A stretch of 60,422 nt of DNA, the filler included, from Basidiobolus ranarum (lineage: Eukaryota), in the NCBI GenBank assembly GCA_040143965.1. It is 11 parts of 11 records of this genome, joined end to end, with 100 filler letters (N's around TTAATTAATTAA, not from the genome) between each part and the next. Parts side by side here need not be neighbours in the genome. Positions count along the whole stretch, not along the records: positions 49,552 to 54,937 come from JASJQH010008488.1; positions 55,038 to 60,422 come from JASJQH010008489.1; 9 more parts are not named here. One strand, 5' to 3'. The translations under genes and the position numbers were made by a program. Shown piece after piece: positions 52,142 to 60,422 of the stretch. Under the pieces are notes generated by a model. The model was not told the DNA's origin. It worked only from the letters and a program-made list of their open reading frames with translations, and made no database searches. Numbering within the stretch: the stretch's first letter is position 1; every line of letters begins with the position of its first letter.

Positions 52142-54740
52142 TGTTGAAATTAGCATTGCCTAAACACCTATATAGTCATAAGTTGCTTAGTATTTAGTTA
52201 TCCTATATTGAACTAAGATATTACCCATTATTCTCAAGAGGAATTTACTTGAAATATTTTTACAAACTTAATTCTCAGATATGTAGGTTTTTCAAACTTG
52301 TGCTAGAAGCTCTAAACTTTGCACACATGTTTCTCCAGCCCTCCTTAACATATTTTACATGCTGGTTTGCTTATGCTTTGACAAAACTATAAATGCCAAC
52401 TGAATACACAATAAATCAATAATTGAAACCACCAATTTCTCTAATTATCAGAACCACTTCCAACAGGCCCCCAAATACTTTAACAGGTTATGAGTCCTAA
52501 GCTTGCACTCTCTATAATGTCCACTTCTCAAACTTCTGGAACTCTGCCCTTTTCTGAAAAATTGTATGGAACCAATTATCAAATTTCAATAGTTAAGATC
52601 AAAATGCTGCTGCAAGAAAAAGAACTTTGGGACACAGCTGTAGGAGAAAAAACAATGCAACACTATCTGAAGCTGAAGTTTTATTCCAGGTTAAAAAAAC
52701 AAAGTGCTTATAACATAATTTGTCTGAATGTTCAAGACAAATTACTAATTCAATGTTCAAGAGCCACAACTACCAAGAAGGTATAAAAAGCCTTGGAAGA
52801 CACTTATCAAACATGTTCTGCTGCCAATCAGATGTCTCTGAGAAGACAAATCCTTAACTCAAAGATCAAGGTAGAGGAAGATATTGAATCACTAATTTAT
52901 AGAGTAACTATTTTAGTGGATGAAATGAAATGCATTGAAGTACCTACTACTGATCAGGATATCATAGTTACAGCTCTAATTAGTCTGTTGCATAAGTTTC
53001 AGAGCCAATTAATTGCTTCAGAATCAAGAACTGAAAATCTGCCCTTAAACTATGTATTTGGCTGACCTCTGGATGTAGATTTACATAAATTATGATCCCG
53101 CAAGAAGAATGAAGAAAATACTTTAATAGGCTATGGGAAACCTTGCTATAAAGGTCAAAAGTACTCTAAGAAGAAAAGTAACCCATTTTGTGATCATTGT
53201 AAAAAAACTGGCTATTTAAGCACAGATTGCTTTAAAAGAATGGCAAAATAAGAAAAACATACCAAATCTGGAAATATGGTGACAACAGAAGATCACTTGT
53301 TCATATCTGCTCTATCTCTGACTATCAACTAGTACTCACAGATGTGGCAAATTGATTGTGGAGCTTCACTACATTTCACAAATCAAAAGGATTGATTTAT
53401 GGATTATGAAGAAATCCTATTAAAAAGGTTTTCATGAGAGACTACCATGGACTTGTTCCATTGTGCCAGGATTTATTGGACCTTGGATCAGCATATTAGA
53501 GTAAATATGATTGAAATTGAGAATGCCAGAGTGCTGGATAGTGCCAAATTGTGGCACATAAGTTTTAGAACACTTTATCCAATATGATATATACAGCACA
53601 ATCTGGCACTATCAAAGAGAACAAGTCCCATATATTGGATGTTATTGCAATGGGAACACTTTGAGCCCATTTAACTGATGCTTCTGAAGAGAAAGTCTAT
53701 ACTTTTAAGAATGTACCACATGTTCCAGATATTGCCAAGAACTTGATATCTGAAGGCAAGGCTACCTCAGAAGGGCTAAAATTCAGGATGCTTTATCACT
53801 GATCAAAATGGGAATTACTTTGCTTTGGGAGAAAAGGATCAAAACTTATACAAACTTACAAATAATCCAAGTGGTTTATATGTAACTATATGATATTCCA
53901 ATCAAGAAGTTTTGCAATTATGGCAGTAGAGATTTGTTTATATTGGTTTTGATTATTTGAACTAAATGATCAAAAATTACCTAATTTCTAGAGTTCATAT
54001 TAGCCCTCCAACCAAAACGGAAATTTGTGAGTGTTTTATATATATGGAAACTAACCAGAAGACATTCAAGAACTCTGGTTTTATCAAAGTTATAAAAAGA
54101 TTGGATCTCATTCATTCAGATTTGTGTGGACCTATGGAAAATTTAACTCTAGGGGAGAAATGATGTTTAATCACATTTATCAATGATTATACAAGATACA
54201 CTTAGGTTTACATCATGGAAAGAAAAGAACAAGCTCTCTCCTTCTTTAGAGATTTCAAACTCTTGTGGAGACTGAAACTGGAACTAAACTCAAGAAATAT
54301 AAATAGATAATGGTGGAGCATATATTTTAACACTAAACAACACCTATGCAAAGCTCAAGAAATTAAGCAAGAAACTACTATCTCCTATTAATCTCAATGC
54401 AATGGAGTTGCTGAAAGAGTTAACAGACCTATACTTGAAATTGCAAGATCCATGAAGAATGCACAAAATTTATCTCATAATTTTTGGATGGAATCTGTTG
54501 CTACAGCTGTATATCTAAAGAATAAGAGTTTTACCAGAAGTCTGTCTAACTCTAAGCCATATCAAGCTTGGTTTGGAGCTAAACTTAATGTAAAAAATAA
54601 GAGGTTCTTTGGATACATTGCTTGTGTCAAAATTATGACCAAAAATTGATTCAAATTTGATCCAAAGAGTAGGAAGAAATGCATATTTCAGGGTTATAGT
54701 ACTCAAACTAAAGCCTACAGACTCAATCATACTGTTGCTT
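52142..54740 (+). mobile_element. Copia family B element: 5' LTR 52142-52485, PBS 52486-52497, heavily decayed gag-protease-integrase
   Basis: Motifs EKLYGTNY..KIKMLLQEKELWD, CDHCKKTG...DC, WQIDCGAS, LIHSDLCGPM, NGVAERVNR and FWMESVATAVYLKN. Confidence 0.93.
53449..53628 (-). mobile_element. MITE copy inserted in the copia protease region, TSD CAT
   Basis: TIRs, with CAT on both flanks. Confidence 0.92.
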
Positions 54741-55037
54741 AGGAATGAAAACTGGGCCAATACTCCCACTTTTGGTGGCTGGCCAAAACCTCACCCATCT
54801 GTTGTTACAACCAATTTGAACTGCAGAAACTGTCACAATAAGGAACTGGACAAGGACTGGGAACAACGACAAGAGGCTAGAAGGCAGGAGAGTACTTGGG
54901 TGTAGACCACAAGACAAGACAAGACTGGACAAGGAAGNNNNNNNNNNNNNNNNNNNNNNNNNNNNNNNNNNNNNNNNNNNNTTAATTAATTAANNNNNNN
55001 NNNNNNNNNNNNNNNNNNNNNNNNNNNNNNNNNNNNN

Positions 55038-55189
55038 ATCTCTTGTGGGCTCATCTGACGCACCTCTTTACGAACGGAAACGACACGACATTTTCCAGGT
55101 TTCTTACCGTAGAGTTCTCCTGATGGTGTCTGTCCTTGAACCAAAGCGACTGCCGATAGCGATAACAACAATAAACTTTTCACGAGCAT
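55038..55189 (-). CDS. Secreted tyrosinase-like protein, N-terminus only
   Basis: A signal peptide followed by C-x5-RKEVRQMSPQE, the typical tyrosinase N-terminal motif. The copper sites are not in the contig. Confidence 0.7.
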
Positions 55190-57069
55190 TTTTGATTCAA
55201 AATTCTTGTTTTCTACCTTTAGGTTTGGATTTCGTGACTGCCAAGAAGAGTGGGCTATTGTAAAGATTCAATTACTCTAAAGATCTGAGATACTTCTCTC
55301 TGGCAGATTAGAGTAAAGGAATGAGGTGGCTTTGGTGTGATGCTAAGGTTTTATAACTAAACAATGTCGTAAATTTTCGAAATGTCTGAATGTCGATATT
55401 TAAACCTGCAACTGAGCAAGGATGTTGCGTGGTGATGCAATGAAAAATTAGCAACGTTTCAAATGCTTTTTTGATACTAGATATGTTACAGCCTGCGATC
55501 TGTGTAGAGTGACAACAATCGGATGAGTTAAATATGCTTTACGAAACAAGGAAAATAGATATTCCAGTAAAGTTCAAATAACTTGAGGGTATTTTGCTCT
55601 ATGATTTCCTAATTCAATTTATTCCAATAATTTATGAGACAAACTGGCAACAAAACTCGTGCTAGAAACTATACAAGAATACCTCTCTACCATCGAGCTG
55701 ATCGTAAATTTTCTTGTTTCAGACCGTGACTTCTCAAACATCAAAGCAATCACTCGCTAGTATGTAGCATTACCAGAGTTTCGAATTGAGTCGTGTTGCA
55801 TTGCTTCTATATGCTTCAACTCATATTAAATTACTTTTACATATATAAGAACTTATTGGCCGAAAATACCAGCAACCACAATCTTCTTTTCAAGTATGTG
55901 GAACTATACGGGGCTCCTTCGCAGACTGAATTGACCGAAGTTGAATTAAATCCGTACCAAACCCGAAATATGTAACTTTCACTCAATTGGATATCTTTAC
56001 TATTAGTATTATCTTATGTGTAGGCACTGTAGTTGTGCATCTTGGATTACATGCTTCACAAGCACCATATTGACAACACAATTCATTTATCAAAATATGG
56101 AAGATCATTTCTGGTTTAAAACTACAAGGAACAAACTGACTAGTATATACAAAATTTTGGATTGAGGGTTATATAGACTGGGTAAATGATTCTCATACAA
56201 TCTGCTATATGAGCCTTTTATGCTTTGGCAATACAATTTGTGGGCACATTTACATATTGTTAAATGACCACTGATGCTGACATTTGACGATGAGTGATAT
56301 TAGCGAAAGTATTACGATAGTCTAGAAAGCACAGCACGTATTGATTAATGTGTACTGACCTAATCCAAATGAAAAAAGGCTTAGTATTAAAATAAATAGA
56401 AAATATATTAATTCGTATACCAGTCTCGACTGGTAACAGGGTTACTATACACTATGTTGTATGTTTTTCTTTCAATTCCCCAGTAAAAAAACGATTTGAC
56501 AACAGGAAACGAAATTGTAGAAGAAATTAGGTTTTTGAAAGGAGTAGCAATACATGCACGTACGTGGTTAAGTAAACAACATCAGGAATCAAAAATTTGT
56601 ACAATATGACCCTTATACACTGAGCGAATAGAGCGTAAACAAGACTGAAGTAGAGATCTTTTTCTATCCAGAAGCTAGGCTTAACCCTGCTCGGAATAAC
56701 CAAAGAAGTCCCAGATCTCTCATCAATCTTGAATTGTGCTCTTCTAAAGTCAACGTGATTATACCCGAAATTAGGAAGTCGGCTTTAAGTTCAACTCCCA
56801 AGTATACCTTAATACCAAAGTTTACTTAAAAGGAAGACATGACTCGAGTGATTCCTAAACCCTCACCCTTCACCTGTAAAGGGAGTAGGAATAGTTAGCC
56901 CTATATGAGATGATCGTCACAAAGATTTATGAATGTTCATAATTTTCTGATTAAAAAAAAAAGAAAATGATATCAAATCCAATAATGAAAAGTAAAAAAA
57001 AAGAGAAGTCATTTAGTCTTTAAGAATAAGCTTCTAGTATTCTATCACCTACTATATTACTTTATCTAA

Positions 57070-58658
57070 ATGGTAGGACTTACATCGACTATTTTATATT
57101 CTCATTTTATCTAACATATGCTTCGTAGACTGAAGAAGCTCAACCAGAATCGTTACAGCTAGAATCTCAGGTATTCTCTTTGGCTTTTCACCCTTCACAG
57201 GATATCGTAGCTACTGGACTTATTACTGGAGATGTTCATTGGTAGGTAATTTTTTTTAATTTCATCCACTTATATTTCTGACGATAGATTTCAAATATAC
57301 TCTAGTTATAGATATGGCCTGGAAAAGAATGAACATATTTACAGCGGAAAGTATCATAAAAAATCTTGTCGTACAATAGAATTTAGTCACGACGGAAAAA
57401 GTAAGTCAATAAAGCAGGATTTATCGCTAAATCAAACACAAATATTTACACTCATCTTTAAGTGTTGTACTCGGGCTCTAGAGATAAATCCATTCAAGGA
57501 TTAGATATAGAAACGCAACAAGTAACTTTCATAAAGGCTAAGGCGCATGAGTAAGTATACACATATTTTTCTATTCTTGAGCATTCTTTTAATTTTGATT
57601 TCTTTTTAGAGAGCCCATCAATACAATGCTTACCCTCAATGAGCGTTATCTTGCTACTGGAGACGATGCTGGAGTAGTTAAAGTATGCTAAAAATTACAT
57701 AACGAGAGACATGTATATGAAGTATTAAATAGTGTTATTAAGTTATGGGATATGCGGAAACAAGGAGAGGCACTAATGTGGCATGAAAATTCAGATTTCA
57801 TCTCCAAAATCACCTACGTACCAGAGAAAAAAACCATGGTAGTAGCTGGGTAAGTGCTATTTCAGATTCCACATTTAACAATACAAACTTATCCTTACTG
57901 ACATTCACTTCTAGTGGTGATGGATGTCTATCAATTTTCGATATCCGTAAGACCGAAGCTGTAGCGGTTTCCGAGAATCAGGACGATGAGCTGTTGTCAG
58001 TTCAAGTGATTAAAAACGGGCGTTAAGCTGTGGTTGGTACTCAGGATGGCATACTTGGCATCTTCTCATGGAACGACTGGGGAGATGTTACTGACCGCTT
58101 CTTGGGACATCCCAAATCCATTGATACTATGGTCAAAATCAACGAAGATATCATTTGCACTGGCTCAAGTGATGGATTAATTCGGTATATTATTACTTCG
58201 ATTTTTCATGTAAGCGTTGCAAACCGTTTATACTCAATTCTTCTTCCTCCAGCGTTGTTCAAATCCATCCAAATAAATTATTGGGAGTGGTAGGCGAACA
58301 TGATGACTTCCCAGTAGAACAAATCCGTTTATCCCACGATAATCAGTATATGGGTAGTTGTGCTCATGACCAAACAGTGAAGTTTTGGAATATCGGCTAC
58401 TTGTTCGACGAAGATGACGATGACGAAGAGGAGATCGAAGCCGAAGAGACAGAGCAACAGATTGAATTGGATCAAGCTCCTTTGGATACAGAGAGTGTTG
58501 AGCAGATGGAGGAACCCAAAGACAGTGATAACAGTGATATCGAGCCTGAAGAAAACAACAAACGTAAGAAGAAGCAGAGAGAGAAAAAGGAGAAAAAACT
58601 GCCCGCAAATTTCGACATTGAAACATCTGCAGCAGTTGACTTCTTTTCTGACCTTTAG
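57070..58658 (+). pseudogene. WDR55: WDR55/JIP5-like WD40 protein gene (8 exons) with an in-frame TAA at 58024-58026
   Basis: Motifs LAFHPSQD, HKKSCRTIEFS, LATGDDAGVVK, SENQDDELLS, GHPKSID and GEHDDFPVE, with an acidic/basic tail ending DFFSDL. The first exon is ATG only. The stop could be a sequencing error. Confidence 0.78.
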
Positions 58659-60187
58659 AAGGCAATTCTATTTTTGAACTGTTATTGAATTCTCTCCCCT
58701 CAGCAACTCAACAAATCCCCAATTAAATTTGTACATTAAAGCAAGTTTAACTCCTCATATCGGTTGCCGTTTCAACCAGTCTTTTTGTATTGCGGGTAGT
58801 CGTCATTGTTTGACAGTAGTAGTGTTACATAAGCTCCTAACTATTGATAATCTACCTGCCAATTTGACCTGAGAGAAGAGTGCATGTATATGAGCACACC
58901 TCCAAAGGTTCCAAGATTTGGCATCTTCAATGCAGGCTATTAATGAATTAGTAATACGGAAGAATGAATCAATAAAAACCGGTTGCATCTCGAGATAAGA
59001 TTTTAATTGTAGTGAGCCAAAAACTCGTCTCATCAACCATCTTCATTTCTGAGTTCATTGTTGCGTCAGCTTATCACAATATTTCGTATGGCTTTGAATA
59101 GTACATTTCCTTTACATTCGAACGTTGAAAATGTGAACGAATGTATAGATTAACAGGCAAGAGTATTCTGAATTGAATCAGATACCTAGAGCACATACAA
59201 CAATGGCAATAGATTTGAAGATTAAATATTTGGTTTGATTTGAGATCAATTTCCAAGATTAATCTCAATAGCGCAATAATGAAAAGTGGAAGATAATCTT
59301 TCGACAGGACTCGTGTTACAGGAAACTGGTACATTGTACTGGTTAAATCATACAGCTTCAAGATAATCTGAGTTATGATGCAAGTCACCTTTAGATTCAC
59401 TCGGTTGTAGGGAGAGGCTACTTGATCCATCTTACCTCTTGGAATGGATTATCAAAAGAAGGAAATCAGCACATAAGGGTGATCTAACAACGCATTAGAT
59501 TCCTTATAAGTACAAGAAATGACTTCAGTAGGTTGCCTATATATGTATGCAGCATTGAAGGGTTTTCTGAAACCTTCCTCTGTGGTTATCTTGGGTGGCT
59601 GATGAAAAACCACCCGTGATTTCCCGATATTGCTGTATAAGGTTGGCCATACCATCTGATTGATTAGCCTACATGACTTGGTGGAAGAATACTCATTAGA
59701 ATTATTTCGGCCCTCATGAAAATTTCATTCTCCCACGCCCTGAGTAATGCTTCGCTCAATTCCCCAAATGATGATATTCCGTACTGGTATCAATAACCAC
59801 CTATTTACTGAATAATAGGTGATGCCAGTACTTTGTTGCCTGTGTTGAATTCATTCTAGACAAACAACCACGAAAGCTAAACATGCTTTCCCCTATCATG
59901 AAGAGCTCGTGTTGTTGGGAAGTGCCTGGTTATAGCATCAGCAACCCTTCGATGTGGGTTAACGTAACTATCCAGAATTCATCATACAAATGAAAACTAA
60001 TATAGTGATGGAAATCCATTGGATCCGATATTTCATGAAAGACATTAACAGATTTGGATCTGTGATCCCTCCTAACTTTTATATATAACCTGGAGTATTT
60101 TCCCAAGTTTATTCACTGATTTCAGACTCACTTTTGCTGCCTTTACTATCAGTCTATACGCTTTAATATCCTTTGATATAAATATAA

Positions 60188-60422
60188 ATGAGTTCCGAAC
60201 AAATTGAATCTAGTCCTGTCCCTCTAGCAGGAAAAACTTCCCAAAAAACGGAGAAGCCTACAACTCCCGCCACTTCTGGTGTCAAGTCTTTCTTATCTGG
60301 AGGCTTTGGTGGTATTTGCCTTGTCGCCGCTGGCCATCCTCTTGACCTTATCAAAGTTCGTCTTCAAACCTCTAACACTTATTCCGGCATTGCGGACTGT
60401 TTCAAAAAGACTATTGCTAGAG
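60188..60422 (+). CDS. Mitochondrial carnitine/acylcarnitine carrier (SLC25A20/CRC1-like), 5' part
   Basis: [29 protein letters not shown] contains the PxDxxKxRxQ carrier motif. The frame runs off the window end. Confidence 0.85.
   Translation, partial: MSSEQIESSPVPLAGKTSQKTEKPTTPATSGVKSFLSGGFGGICLVAAGHPLDLIKVRLQTSNTYSGIADCFKKTIAR

Noticed and set aside
5424-55037. Palindromic TTAATTAATTAA recurring every ~5.5 kb, and apparent gene neighbourhoods across it
   Set aside because: Artificial six-frame-stop linker between size-sorted contigs. It is not biological and no cluster can be inferred across it.
58803-59980. Short minus-strand ORFs between the WDR55-like and carrier genes
   Set aside because: No motif and no consistent splice model. 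They may be a decayed gene, but I cannot support a call.

Overview
AT-rich eukaryotic DNA, most likely from an early-diverging fungus. That is an inference from the short GT-AG introns, the gene set and fungal-type tRNAi-Met primer sites. The window is not one locus. It is 11 unrelated ~5.4-kb contigs in decreasing size order, joined by artificial 100-nt N-TTAATTAATTAA-N spacers, so adjacency across spacers means nothing. Host genes are a persulfide dioxygenase 5' part, an LPAAT (SLC1-like), a BBE-like FAD oxidase 3' end, an HRP1-like two-RRM protein, a DYRK/Pom1-class kinase, an MCT-type MFS transporter, a Gly-rich Cys-loop repeat protein, a secreted His1 protein, a tyrosinase 5' end, a WDR55/JIP5-like gene with an in-frame TAA, and a carnitine-carrier 5' end. 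Much of the rest is decayed, CpG-depleted Ty1/copia sequence from three LTR families with half-tRNA (Ty5/Hemivirus-type) primer sites, plus a ~182-bp MITE with 3-bp TSDs. The best novelty candidate is the secreted protein at 47694-48484, which has histidine-brace/LPMO-like architecture but matches no AA family signature I recognise. The second is the Cys-bracketed hydrophobic repeat protein at 41586-42407.
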